The notes beneath the pieces were generated by a model. That model ran no database searches, was not told where the DNA came from, and saw only the letters and a list, made by a program, of their open reading frames with translations. A stretch of 64,000 bases of DNA from Sarea resinae (lineage: Eukaryota), in contig JAPEUD010000081.1 in the NCBI GenBank assembly GCA_026026165.1, forward strand, positions 1-64,000. Direction: 5' to 3'. Position numbers and translations under genes: made by a program. This document shows, piece after piece, positions 20,585 to 34,104 of this stretch. How positions within the stretch are numbered: position 1 is the stretch's first letter; the number at the start of each line of letters is the position of its first letter.

Positions 20585-23500
20585 ATGCTGCTTGCCATTG
20601 ACGACCTTCTACGCCTTCGCGCAGGGGAAACCGCGCAGCCCCATATCCTCGCCTGCCCAAAGGGAGAGAAGAGCTTGACGGAATATGAATATTTCACCGC
20701 TCGCGATGTTGACCGATTCGCTGGTGCGGCCGCGCATACGCTCCGCACCAGAGGCCTCGAAGAAGTGGTAAGTACGTCAATCAACCAGAAAGTAACGACC
20801 CAAATACTAATCGCAATACAGCAGGAAGAGAGACCCCTCGTCGCGGCAGTCTTGGGCCCATCAAACCTCGAATATCTCATGACAATCTGTGGTCTAAGTC
20901 GGCTTGGCTATACCGTCCTCGTTTTTTCTCCTCGTCTCTCGGCTCCCGCTTACGAGGCGCTTCTGGATGAGACCAAGTGCGCCATTCTCGTCCATGATAA
21001 ACACTACTCTGATATCGCTGCACAAATAAATGGATCGCAGAATACTAGCCCTCTTCGCAAGATCGCATTGCTCTCTAGGACTGAATTCGACCTTGATGAA
21101 CCGGTCGAGTGGCGGCCCGCCCATGTCAAGACCGAATCCACTCTGGCCCGGGTGGCCTTCATAATGCATTCCTCCGGGTCCACCGGCTTGCCCAAACCCA
21201 TCTACCATACTCACCAGCGGTGCCTTCGAACATTTCGGGATGGCTTTCCTTTCTCTTCGCTGATAACCTTGCCGCTGTATCATTCGTATGGGTTCTCGTG
21301 CTTCTGGCGCGCGATGCATGATCGTAGTCTGATCTATCTGTTCGGTTCCAATATGCCGTTGACGGTCAGCAACGCCTCTGGCATATTGCAAGTGGCAAAG
21401 CCTGAAATGGTTTCCACCGTGCCGTATCTTCTCAAATTGTTTGCAGAGTCCGAGAATGGCATTGCAGTCTTGAAAGAATGCAAGCTCGTTACTTATCATG
21501 GCAGCACTTGTCCTGATGAGCTGGGAGATCGACTCGTCAAGGAGGGGGTAAATCTGGTCGCTCATCTGGGCTCGTACGCTTCACCTCTCTAGTCTTTCAG
21601 TCATATTCTTAGATATGTTGGTACTAACGTCTGGATAGCACCGAAGCTGGCCCATTGGCAAGTTCCTCTCGTCCGCCAGGCGATACCACGTGGAACTATT
21701 ATCGATTCCTTCCATCCGTCCAACCACATGTCTGGATGAAAGATGTAGGTGCAAATAACTACGAGCTGGTCCTGTTGCAAGGGCTAAAGACAAAAGTCCT
21801 GTCAAACTCCGATTCTCCTCCAGGATCTCTGCACACGAGAGATATATTCACACCCCATCCGAGCATCAAAGATGCCTGGAAGTTTATCGGCCGCTTAGAT
21901 GACCGCGTCACCCTTCTCAATGGCGAGAAGGTGCTCCCATTGCCTATCGAAGGCCACATACGTCAAGATCCATTGGTCAAAGAAGCGGTTGTGTTTGGCG
22001 TTGGTAAAAGCGGTCCCGGTCTTTTGGTTTTTCGCAGTCCGCTCGCAGCCAGTCTTTCTGACACGGAATTTCGAGCCAAGATTTGGCCTGTGGTCGAAGA
22101 AGCTAATGCGCTTGCGGAAACCTTTTCTTACATTAGTCAAGAAATGATTCTTATTTTCCCCGATACGATAGACTACCCGAGAACGGACAAGGGCTCGATA
22201 ATTCGTGGCCGCGTTTATCAGATGTTCGCCAAGGAAATCGACGATTTATACCGCAGGCTAGAAGAGTCCCATGGAGGAACGAGAGTTCTAGACGTTCCCG
22301 GAATCGAACAATACCTCCTTGACCTTTGTTCGACAAGAATCAACATTCAGCTCGACAGTCGGGACTCCGATCTATTTCAATCGGGACTGGATAGCTTGCG
22401 CGGAATTGAATTGGCCTCTCATATCAAGTCGGATCTCGATCTTGGTGGAAAGGAAGGGGCTGTCAATCAGAACGTCATATACGAAAAAGGCACCATACGC
22501 GCCCTAGCTCCATATCTATATTCTTTGCGCACTGGCTCAAGTCTTTCTGGAAAAGGCCATATCCAACAGATGGAGGAGCTTGTCTCGGAATATTCAAACT
22601 TCCGCGCTCGTGTCCATGACACAGCGTCACAGGAGAAGTCGGACCATGTAGTTGTTAGTTTCGCAGCTGATCCGTTTATGTTATATTTACATATCAACTA
22701 ACAAATGTGTATAGGTTCTCACGGGTGCTACAGGGTCCCTGGGTGCTCATCTCTTGTCACAGCTCATCAAAACGCCTAGCGTGAAGAAAGTCTATTGCCT
22801 CATCCGCCACCAAACAACGCTTGACAGCACATCCCGGATCAGAGATTCTATGCATGGTCGAGGATTGGACATTCCTCCCGTTTACTATCAGAAGATTGAA
22901 GCACTCGGGTGCAACTTGAGTCAGCCCGATCTTGGTTTAGAGCTCGGCACTTTCGAGGCGATCAAAGACTCCGTGACCCATATTCTCCACTGCGCGTGGG
23001 AAGTGAATTTCAATCTCAGCCTAGAAACTTTTGAGCAGGACCACATCAAAGGGCTATGGAACCTAATCAACCTCTCCTTATCCGTGTCTTCGTCATCACC
23101 TGCCCGACTTTACTTCTGCTCCTCTATCTCCGTTGCGCTCCGCAGTCCCACGGAAAAGGCTGTTCCGGAGGCCCTTATTAACGATTTTGATGCGGCAGTC
23201 TCTACCGGGTACGGAAGGTCGAAGCTCGTGGCCGAGCATATCATCCAGAATGCTAGAGAGCACGGCGCTCTATGCTACGTCCTCCGCATCGGGCAGATCG
23301 TGGGCGACAGCTACACGAGCCCATGGAATAGCAGCGAAGCAATACCGCTGATGATCCGGTCGGCATTAGTCCTCAAAGCGCTCCCTTCCTTTTCGCAGGT
23401 AAGTGATTCGGGTACCTATCATTCACCGCTTCTCTGACTCTTCTAGACGTGTTCATGGTTCCCCGTCGACCTGCTCGCCAAAGCCATCATCGAGATTGCA

Positions 23501-23974
23501 GGTGTAGCCACTCCTCCATCGACCCTGCCCCATCCTGCCACCTCCATCTCCTCATCTTCTTCGACCTCGCCAACACCGACGCCAATGCCGATGGTCTACA
23601 ATCTCGTCAACCCCTCCACCTTTGCCTGGGATACCGACGTCCTGCCAGCCCTGCACGCCGCCGGCCTCTCATTCGACGCCGTGTCGGGCCACGCATGGGT
23701 CTCGCTCCTCCGCGCGAGCGCCGACCAGGACGCGCGCTCAAACCCGACGATCAAGCTCCTGGCCTTCTACGAGACGCGCTACGGGCATCTACGTGGCGTT
23801 GGCGGCGTTGGCGGCCCCGGCGAGGACAGCCAGATCCCGTATCTGCGCTTCGATACGTCGAACGCTGAGCGTGCTAGTCTGACCATGAGGTCACTGCCTA
23901 ATCTTGTGCAGGAGGGGTATATTGGACGGTTTTTGGATCAGTGGATGAGGGAGTGGAAAGGGGAGGGGAATTGA
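20585..23974 (+). CDS. NRPS-like enzyme, adenylation-thiolation-reductase (A-T-R; carboxylic-acid-reductase type)
   Basis: HSSGSTGLPKP (A3), GS|TEAG, TRDIF, IGRLDD, TDKGS; carrier GLDSL; LTGATGSLGA Rossmann motif; YGRSK (YxxxK); four introns. Confidence 0.93.
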
Positions 23975-24476
23975 GCGCGGGAGGGGGCTGGGGGTTTGGA
24001 TAAGCTGCGGCGGTTGTTGCGGCGGCCGCGTCTGGGTAATCTGATGACAATATATTTCATGTATGCTATGTGTGGCTCTGTAGGTAGCGGGAATATTGAG
24101 AAAAATTGGTCAGGTTGACACGTTCGTCGATAATGCTTGCATGGAGTTGCTTCTGTTTACCTAGCGGGAGATTATAGTTCCTGTTGATCGTTACAGCACG
24201 GTCTACGCACAGAGCAACAGCAAAGTGTCTTGGTTCTCACCTGCCTCTAAATTACTCCGTCGTTATACAGTTAGTCTTTAGAAACAGCAAAATTCATAGA
24301 CCGACTGGTACAACCTTTCTACTTCAGATTGGCCGATCAGACACTACTATAGAGTCGTCAAAACTCCGCTGAGGTATGTATTCAATGGCAAAAGCGGTAA
24401 GAATCAATGTGTAAACGCGAGACGCGTGGCGTCTACATGGCGGCCCAACGCGAAATACCAAAAGTCTCGCTCGCAA

Positions 24477-27171
24477 CTAAGAATCCGTATCCAGGGCAAA
24501 GCAGCGCTCGCTACTCTTCGCATTGTTGCCCCACCAATTGGGCATGCTGATCATCTTGCCGGAGCCAAACATCAGGAAGATGAGCAGCATATTAAAGTTA
24601 AAGCCGGCATCGAAAGCGGCGGCCAACAGGTAGTTGTAGCGGCTCCAGAGCTCGTTGCGGTAGCGGTAGGCCCAGAACATGACGACGAAGCCGCCGATGA
24701 AGCTGGACGTGTAGCCCGTGCTGATATTGCCGTAGAACCAGGCGAAGCCCGAGAACAGGATCGTCGTGTTCCAGAGGTCGAAGCGCATGCGCGGGAAGGC
24801 TTTGTGCAGGGCGAACATGATCACGGGCGCGCCGGCACCGACGAGGAACGAGTATGGGAGGGGATGGTAAATCTCGAGCTCAAAGAGCCGTTTGGGTCCC
24901 TTTATTTGTTTGAGTCAGGAGATTCTCGGTTTGGGTAGGTAAGAGCCAAGGACTTACGACGAGAACGTACTGCACGCCCATGGTCAGGGAGCTGGCGAGC
25001 GTTTGGCCCGTCCATTGATGCGTCGGGTCTTCTTTTGCGCCGGTCAAGTAGTCTCCTTTGGTGTCAATGATCCATCGGACGACGCCGTAGTTGATCGGCA
25101 CGCCGATGATGGTACCGAAGATCTGGGAGAAAAAGACGTCGCGCGGGGGAATATGCATATAGTGGCCAATCTTCTGATCCTGGAGCATGGATTGTGCACG
25201 ATACCAGGCATCGCCAGCAATAGCTCCATATGTTGACGCTCCCGAAGGATTCTTGTGGCCAGAGACTGAGTTTACCATATACCCGTAGAGCAGTTCATTG
25301 AAAGATCCGATTTCCTACATCGTCAGCCAAAGCCCCTCCTCTCGGAAGATTGAACTCACCACTTGAAAGTTCGAGATGGCATACAACCAGGCCATTGGCT
25401 GGAAACGATTAGATATAGTGGGCAAGGTGGAAAGGGAGTGGACATACAGTAACGGCTACAGCACCGGTTGCCAAAGCGACAAAGTATGTCCAGATCGGGA
25501 TGAACATGATACCTTTTGCGAAGATGGTGATCAAGATGACAAACGACGACATGAAGAGGACAATGTACCACCAGATAGGGACCTCCTGATATGCTCGCTG
25601 GATGACATTCAGGCGATCGGTGTATAAATGATTGACGCTTTGTGCCTTGCCTTGGCTCCGCACTTTCATCTTCTTGAAGGTGTCCTTGATCCTTGAATAT
25701 CCGAAGAGAATCATCCACACATACGCCGAGGTATACGAGGCATAGTCGAAGAAAAGTGAATACAGTTGCTGGACTCCCACGTACATAGGGCCGTTTTCCT
25801 GGTAAGCTGTTTCGTTCAGTGTTGCTTGGGGTGTGAGCAATTCGGTTATCGGATATTTCGTGCCATTTGCTACCTTGGTCAGCATCTCAGCTATCGTCCC
25901 AGAGCTAAACATACCTAGGAATAATCGATTCGACATGAGACCATGATGCCACTCCCCCATCCCTCCAAATTTCGCTGCCGGGAGCAAGATCCAACAAGGG
26001 ATGGCATAACCCAGAAAGCAGAGCACTTGTGTCCACCAAGGAGCGAGGAAGAGTTCCACCATTCCTCCCTCGATACTCGACCAATCGAGCGAAAGGTTCA
26101 AGAATCCCATGCCGCCGAAACCGGCTCCAACAAAGTTAGCGGCCGCGTTGCGAGGGGCTACCCAGCAAAGGAAGGCCAATGATCCCAGCATTGGAAAGAC
26201 AAATTCCGGTAAGAATTGCCAGAGTATCACGCCTATCAGAGCGAGGAAGAATATCGTCATTTGCCTTCGTGCGAGTGGCGTGGGCGTCTCGTTATTTTTG
26301 CGTTGGGTTTCAAATAAATTTGTTTGACACAATCTAGAGTATATTAGGATAGCTTTTATAACCACTTTGAATATCACTCACGCCTTGTACCTGGAAGGAT
26401 TTTAGTAGTGTTTCGCAATGAACGGAGATGAGCTTACCATGGAAAGACTGGATCGTAAAGAAGGAATTGTCTTGCAATTGCGGCAAAAGAATAGCCGGTC
26501 CATACAATAGCCCACATGAAGAAAATGGCCGCTGCTGGGTTAATAGTTTCTCCAAAGTAGAGCTCCGACATGGTGATGGGCGTGTAGCCAAGATTGGACA
26601 TTGCTCCAGACGCGGCAGAGAGCGTTACCAGGACATGCTCCTTGATGCTCCATGGACCAGGATTCAGACTAAAGCTGTACTTGGTAAAGGGGACCTTGAT
26701 AATCCATGCAGGAAGGACCTTTGCAAGCCAGAGTCCGACATAGTTTGCAGCAATCTGAACGAAGAAAACGGAATACGGCGCATTCGTTGTCCGATAGATA
26801 CTCATCTGCGAGAGAAAGGCTCCAGGGGCGATGAACAAGATGGTAAGAATGAAGTAGCGGAATGTAATCGTTGGCAGCGTGGGATCATCATGAAGGCTGA
26901 TCATCTTTCGGATATCAGGCGGAATCTCGCTGATTTCCGGGTCAGTCTCATCGTCGCGTCCGAGATCGACGTCATTGATAGACTCCTGGGCTTCATTCTT
27001 TGAGCCGGGCTCCTTCTCCGAATAGTCGGTCGCCGTAGAGCTGATATGATCTTTCCCTACGATCACTTCTGCTGGAGTACTGTAATCTCTGGTATCGTCC
27101 CCGTCAGAGGCAGGCGAAGCATTGACATCTCCGCCGTCGACGCGACCAAAGAGCCGATTTCTCAGAGACAT
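24477..27171 (-). CDS. OPT-family oligopeptide transporter (multi-exon)
   Basis: DDPTLPTITFR, LNPGPWSIKEHVL, QFLPEFVFPML, GMGFLNLSLDW, DQKIGHYMHIPPR, YNYLLAAAFDAG and PNWWGN motifs. Confidence 0.93.
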
Positions 27172-28450
27172 GTCGACGTTCCACAAGCTTGGGACGCCAG
27201 AAACGCACAGATCGACAATGGACGCCCGAAAAGCAGAGAATGTAGATTTTAAGTTGTCAATCTTTCTACAGCCGCTCATGGCGGCTTCCGTCGGGCAAAG
27301 CTTAGAAGCATGGCGACGAGATAGTCAAAATGGTGCGATAAGGCGCTAGATTGATGCAGCGATTACCGTTGGTGGAAACCGCGGATGATCTGCAAGGACG
27401 ACAGGGATGAACTCAAAGAAGAAGCTCGAGAACATCGCGAGAACACGGCTCGTACAGCGAACTCGCACGATCCTTGAGACGTGACATTAGTCTCGGTCTG
27501 GCAGTGCTTCTACGCACATGGGATATACAGCGGTAGTCCAACGGCGTGGGGTAGCTGTGGCAAAGAGGTGCCGTGCCACTTGACCTCGTATTCCAGATGG
27601 ATACGGTTGTGTGATGCTCAATACTCGATTCTCTTATTGGCTTTAAGCTTTGGACCCTGGAGAAGCGAGAACGCTCGAGGTTGCGGCTCGCGGCCAACAT
27701 GCCACAAGCGCGAGACTAACAGGAGAGCTCTCAATGTCGCAATTTGGTGGCTTGGAATCGAGATGCTAGAACAGACACTCGGAAGGTGAACGGAAATGGT
27801 TGCAAAGGCTTCTTGCAAACACCTGATGCATTTCGTGAGACCAGAAGCTGAACTTCATAATGAACGCTTCAACTTTCACCTAGAGCGAGTGATGAACCTT
27901 TAAACCAAGCTGTGCAGAAAAGAAACGCAATTGAATCGCAATGGAAATTCCAGAATATCTATCAAGATTAATCCAAGCCACGACGCTGTAACCAGGGCCT
28001 CTGTCGGAATGGTGTTAGGGTTAGGGTTGGTGTTCGTGTAAGTCTTCGCCGTCAGGCAAACACAGTGAACACAACAAGTAAAATTAAAAGGATGACCGGA
28101 GACCACAATAGACGCAGCTAAGCAGTATCACAGTAGGATCCATTACAATCTTATATCCATTTATATCACCCGTGCTGTCCGAGGTCCAGAGGCAGAAACT
28201 TATCGATCTGATATGTATGGGGTGATCAGATAAGAGATTACGTTGGCGACCCACTCTCCAAGTGCCGAAATGGTACCGGCCTCATCATCTTGCTACCTAA
28301 CCTCCCTCGAGTTCGGCGAGAATTGTGTTGAGCGACCTCATCCCGCGACAACTCTATCCAGATCCTTCTTGTGACGCTTCCACGGGTCTCCCTTGGTTGG
28401 TGAGAATCATTCAGAAAGACGGGGCTTTTCAACTGACTGCTCTCATCATC

Positions 28451-30295
28451 ATGTCTAGCGGAGACGATGCCGTACGAGATGGCGACATCACGGCTGAGAA
28501 GCAGCCGCCCGTCACTTCGTCGGCTTCAAGCATCGTCGATGCGGAAGCGCGCCCGGCATGCTTCAAGTCTACCTTGCAAGAGGTCTTGTTTGTGGGCACG
28601 GCCACAATGGCCATCGCCATGACATCCTTTCTCCAAGGATCGACGACTGTTGTCACCTCGTATATTGGGAAGGATCTCAAGATGACCAATGCGGAGATCA
28701 CCTGGATCAATGCCAGTTCATCGTAGGTCTTTTCCCCGCGACATTTCATGCCTTGTGCTCATTATATCAACCAGGCTTGCTTCGGGGTCATTTCTCCTCT
28801 TCTTCGGCCGGGTGGCGGACATGTTTGGACGGAAACATTTACTCGTTGCAAGTCTCTTCATCTTTGCCGTTTTTTCGCTCGGAAGCAGCTATGCCCATAC
28901 ACCTATATCCTTGGATACCTTGATTGGTTTCATGGGGCTCTCTTCGGCAGCGGCCGTACCACCCGCAGTCGGGATCCTCGGAGCGGCGTACGGCAAACCA
29001 TCGAAGAGAAAGAATCGGGCATTTGCCTGCTTCAGCGCCGGTAATCCCCTCGGTTTCGTGTTTGGGTGTCTTTCTTCCGGGGTGGCGTCAAAGATCTTCG
29101 ATTGGCGCGCGACTTTCAGATGGATCGCCATCATTTATGTCGTTCTCACAATTATAGCCTTCTTTACGGTTCCGCCAGACTTCACGCCCAGGGAGAAGCT
29201 GTCGATGGAGACTCTGCTGCGGTTCGACGTCATCGGGACGTTGCTGGCCATTGCAGGTATCGCCATGTTCTCAAGCTCGCTCACGTAAGTACAGTCCTGT
29301 TTCTATAGGATGAAGGGCTAGACTGACGAATGATAGTCTCGCCGGCGATGCGCCGCAGGGCTGGAGAACGAACTATGTCATTGCGCTCTTGATAGTTGGG
29401 GTATTCCTGATGGTCGCCTTTGTCTACTGGGAAGGGAAATTCAAATACCCTTTGATGCCTCTGCATGTCTGGCGCGACAAAAACTTCTCTCTGGTGAGTC
29501 ATCCCTTACCTGATCGCACATCTACCTTGCTGACTCCAATCAGGTCATCGTCATACTCATGCTCGGATTCATGGCCTTTTCGGCGTCTCAGTTCTGGCTG
29601 TCCCTGTTCCTGCAGCGGGTCTGGCATGATTCGTCTCTCATGGTAGCTGTCCATCTTCTGCCTCAAGTTGTGATGGGCATAATCGTCAATGTACGTGAAG
29701 AAACGTTTTTCTCCTGACAAAAGAATCGCATTCTAATATCGATATTCTAGATTATTGCTGCTTTCATCCTACACAAGGTCTCCAACAAGCTTCTCATGGG
29801 CATTGGAGCGGTCTCTTACTTGATCTCCTTTATATTACTCGGAGTTCAAAAACAGCACATCATCTACTGGGCTTTGATTTTTCCGTCACTGATCCTGGTT
29901 GTCGTTGGAGCTGATCTTGAATTTAACGTCGCGAACGTAAGTACCCGAACACACTATGACATGCCTCTACAATTTGCTGACTCGAGCAGATGTATGTCAT
30001 GTCGTCTCTTCCACCGCATCAACAGTCAATTGCTGGGGGCATCTTTCAGACCGTGACCAAGCTATGCACCACCATTGGTCTCGGAGTCACGACGGCCATC
30101 TACAATCCGATCTCGAAGCAAATGAGTCCCGGGGACGACCCAACCAAACCGTACGCCGACTGCTTCTGGTTCTGTTGTGCTAGTGCCGCTCTCAGTGTCT
30201 GCTTGGTTCCATTCATGACGATCGGGACGCAAGGTCGTGCCGATAAGAACCCTGCAACTGATACAGAGAAAGGGATAGAGAAAGAGAAGAGCTAG
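28451..30295 (+). CDS. DHA2-type MFS drug/H+ antiporter (multi-exon)
   Basis: RPACFKSTLQE, GRVADMFGRK, AVGILG..Y..PSKRKNRAF, FSAGNPLGF, WRATF, PLMPL and QQSIAGG motifs; several GT-AG introns. Confidence 0.92.
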
Positions 30296-30651
30296 GGATG
30301 AAAGAAGAGGTTACTGAACGAAAAGAGATGAACAACCATTTCGTTCTGTGGATCAGCATTGCAGCAAACTAGCTGTGTCAGTGAAGTTATCCTGGTATAA
30401 TTTCTATCGCTATCGTTGGTACGAACTTCGCGACTGGTTCTCACCGCCACGCTTCTCACTCAGGATTACTTGGGAGATCCAACTTATCATATAGGCATAC
30501 ATAAATCGCTTGCACATGATATCCATGCTATGTGGTACTAGGCCTATACAAAACCGGCGCTCCTTCACGGGGCCATCGAGGCTTAGCCAACATTTGAGTC
30601 AACACATAGAAGAGGCTTTCATTTTATGTGTGGCTATGTCTATTTGATCTA

Positions 30652-31801
30652 TCATATTCTGAATACCCTTCCGCCCTTGCCCACGCCCCCTCTGAACAAC
30701 TCCTCGATCACGATTCCCTTCATCACAGTCTGCTCCACGATGCCCTCTACATGTCTCGGTTCGACCCTGCCATACCAGATCCCCGTCCCAGCCAGCGTAG
30801 TATCCTTCTCGCCATGGTCTTTAAAAGATGGTGGAATATAGATGATGACATTCCCCGCAAACTTGTGCCCGCCAATATGGCTGATCAGCCCAACACGAGC
30901 CTGCGGATTCGACGATGACGCTTCAGGGTCAGCCGGAGCTGCCATCGGATGCGCATCACGCAAGGTATCGAATCCGCTCCGCCGCAGCGCGGTCTCGAAT
31001 TCGGCGCGGAGCAGAGGACCCATTATCCCACATCGTTGGTCCCGGCCGCCGTGTCCGCAGATCAAGACTACGACTTCCTTGACGTCGCGCACGCCGGCGA
31101 ATTGGGCTCGATGGTGGCGTTTTTGCTGTAACATCTCTCGCGTGGAATGCGGGAGCGTGTCGTGTGCGGAGTGGAGTTGACGTGGGAGCAGGAAGCCCTG
31201 GGTGAAAGCTTGGATGGATGGTGGGGAGAGCGGAATGGACGGGATGTAACGGAAGCTGGGGAAGAGGTATGCGGATGCTGTGGTCATTGTTGTAGTTGAG
31301 GATGCTGGTGGGGTCGAAGGAGGAAAGGACGAGTTTGTGAGCATGACGTTGTGGAAGGGCTAGATGTGAGGTTGTGATATCAGCAGCTGTGTCTGCATAC
31401 ATAGAGATAGAGCTAGAGATCAACGCTCAGAAATTGAACAACAGAGGGGTACAGACATCGCTGAATTGGCCACCTCGGCCGAGTAGACCCTTCAGGCCCT
31501 TTATGAATCCCGCGTCGTCTTCGTCTTCAATCCGGCTCGTCCAGTCGTCTTTGCCCGTCGAGATGAGCATTTGCTGCGCGTACGCGGCCATGGTGCCGTT
31601 GAGAGGGCTTTTTCGGTCGAGGTCCATCTCGGGCATGGCGGCACATTTGCAACTTGGTGAAGGGCATGTTGAAATGACGGGGAACGGAGGAGGTGGCGGA
31701 TGGCGGAGGCGGGAGCTGTGGCGATGGGGGAGGGTGAGGAAGCGTAGGAGTGAGAGAGGGTCGGCGAGAGGCCGCGGGGAGGCGGCGCGTGCGACTTGCA
31801 T
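30652..31801 (-). CDS. Sucrase/ferredoxin-like (thioredoxin-fold 2Fe-2S) protein, Aim32/Apd1 family
   Basis: ICGHGGRDQRCG, ISHIGGHKFAGNVI and WYGRV motifs; Arg/Ser/Leu-rich N-terminus resembling a mitochondrial presequence; one intron. Confidence 0.88.
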
Positions 31802-32192
31802 TCCAGGAGGAAGATAAGAATTAAACTTAGAGAACAATAAGTGTCAAAGAGATTTTGATCTTCGATTATGTGGGGAGACTTGGATATAGTTGTCGACCAA
31901 ACACCGAACAACGGTCTGTAAACACACTCTCGGGGCAAGCCAAGGGCATGGGGAAGTTCGCGACTTTTATCTGATCTGCAATCTCACCTGGCCCGTGCCC
32001 CGGCCGGCCGTCGGGTTTGTCGTTGCAACCCCGACGTCTAATCTCCGGCCTATCTTATCATATCTTATCGAGATCTCGTTTCTCACCTTCCGCAAAGTAT
32101 CGGGCGCCCTCGATCTTCGATCTCTCTAAGCAGTCACTCTACTGCAACCATAACACTCCTGCTTGGCCTCACCAGCACAGACAGACAGGCAT

Positions 32193-33708
32193 ATGCCTCG
32201 TCTTTCCCCCTCACTCCTTCTCCAGGCGCATAAGATCCATGCACTCCTCCCGCTGCTGCTGCGCCCATGTCGCGATCTACAGTCCGCGCAGAATGAGCTG
32301 CGCTGGCTGCGCGAGCACGCGCTGGCGATAACTTCCTCCTCACGCGATTCTCCCAATAGCAATAGATATCTTCGAACCGTCACGGGCGCAGGATGGAGGA
32401 CCAACCTGAGGCAGCTGTGCGAACAGAGGGCCAGGGGCGTGCCGTTGCAGTATCTGCTTGGATCGCAGCCGTTTGGAGCGTTGGATATCAAGTGTCGACG
32501 GGGCGTTTTGATCCCGCGGTAAGTCGGGGATGGGATGAGTCCTGTTGGGATGCTTTCTCTGCGTGCACAAAGTTTCCCCCCCTAGGATTCCAGCTCAATT
32601 GATGTATAATTGCTAACGAGTTGATCGTAGCCCGGAGACAGAGGCCTACACGACGCATCTCGCCCATCAGATTCTCCGCTTCTTGCCCAGCACCACCACT
32701 GGCAAATCTTTCCGCATACTCGACCTCTGCACTGGCACGGGCTGCATCGCCCTGCTCCTACACTCTCTCCTGCACCCGCGGATTCCAAACCTCCAAATCA
32801 CAGGCATCGACATCTCGCCCCTCGCCATAGGCCTCGCGCGACAGAACCTAGCGTCCAACATCGCGCAAAATTTGCTTAGCCCAGCCGCGAAGGATCAAGT
32901 GTCGTTTAACGAAGGGAATGCGTTTGATACCAGATTGATTGCTTCCTCTGGAGGTGGAAAGCAGGGGCGACAGCGGTCTACGGAACAGGCAGAGGGTGGG
33001 GAGCGTCGGCAGGCGGGGAGTGGATGTGGCTGCGGATCGGAATGGGACGTCATCATCTCGAATCCACCGTATATCTCCCCCGAGGGCTATAAGCGCACGA
33101 CGTCGCGCTCAGTGCGTAATTTCGAGCCGCGGCTCGCTCTTGTGCCTCCATCTTCCGCCAGCGTACCCATCTCCACTGCACCCATATCCGCATCCACTTC
33201 CACATCCATACTTAGTACCTCAGCCCCAGCCCCAGCCCTCAAATCCTCCCAGTCCATCTCATCAACCACCACCACAGACGCAGACAGGGACGGAGACACA
33301 TTCTACCCTTCTTTGCTCCAGCACGCCGCAGCCAGCGGGGCACAGTTCAGCCTACTCGAAGTAGCGGACCTCGCCCAGGCGAAGCGGGTAGTGCGTCTCG
33401 CGACGGCGCAGAAAGGCGTCTGGGATGTCGTGGAGATATGGCGGGATTGGCCGGCGCAGCAGACGCAGCAGGCGCAGCAGGGCCTGGGATCTGGTTTGGA
33501 CGAGTATCGGTCGTGTGGTGGTATCGAGGCTGAGAGCAAGGGTGAGCGGGGGCCACGAACAGGGGAAGCAGGGGTGGTAGCGGGAAGAGAGATGGTGAAG
33601 GGGATGAAGGGGGTGGAGGAAGGAGACGTGCCTGTACGAGGCCAGGGCAATGGTCGGGCCGTCGTGTGTTGGCGTGCGGGTGGCGGGTCAGCCTGGTTTA
33701 GCGGGTGA
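32193..33708 (+). CDS. HemK/PrmC-family release-factor N5-glutamine methyltransferase (Mtq1-like, mitochondrial)
   Basis: RARGVPLQYLLG, VLIPR|PETE across intron 32519-32630, ILDLCTGTGCIA, GIDIS, ISNPPY and FEPRLAL. Confidence 0.9.
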
Positions 33709-34104
33709 GAATGCGGGGTCTTTGGTTGTCAACAGCAGAGCAGCGGGGTTGGAAATAGATGACCAGTAGAACAGTGGAACGCGGAAATAGGGGAACAGGG
33801 AAGCGGACGCATCAAGGCACAGATGCACAGAGACATAGGAAAAGGCAAAACAAATCAATAGCAAATTAGCAGCATTATGAAATAGCAACTAAGACTATTC
33901 AACAAGATGCTAAGACAGACGGCCAAGCAGCCAGGGAACTTCCAATTCAGTCATCCAATTACACACGACCCAAGAATTCGATTACAAGAACTAAATATCA
34001 AGCATTCGGTATCGTACAAAACGTGTATGCGTATACCAATCAGTCAACCAGTCATCCAAAGGGCCCCAAGCCAAAGCCAACAAATACAGCTGCGTGCCGT
34101 CCCC

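Noticed and set aside
28015..28028. Interstitial telomere repeat (TTAGGG)2TT
   Set aside because: Two units only, with no associated structure; could be chance.
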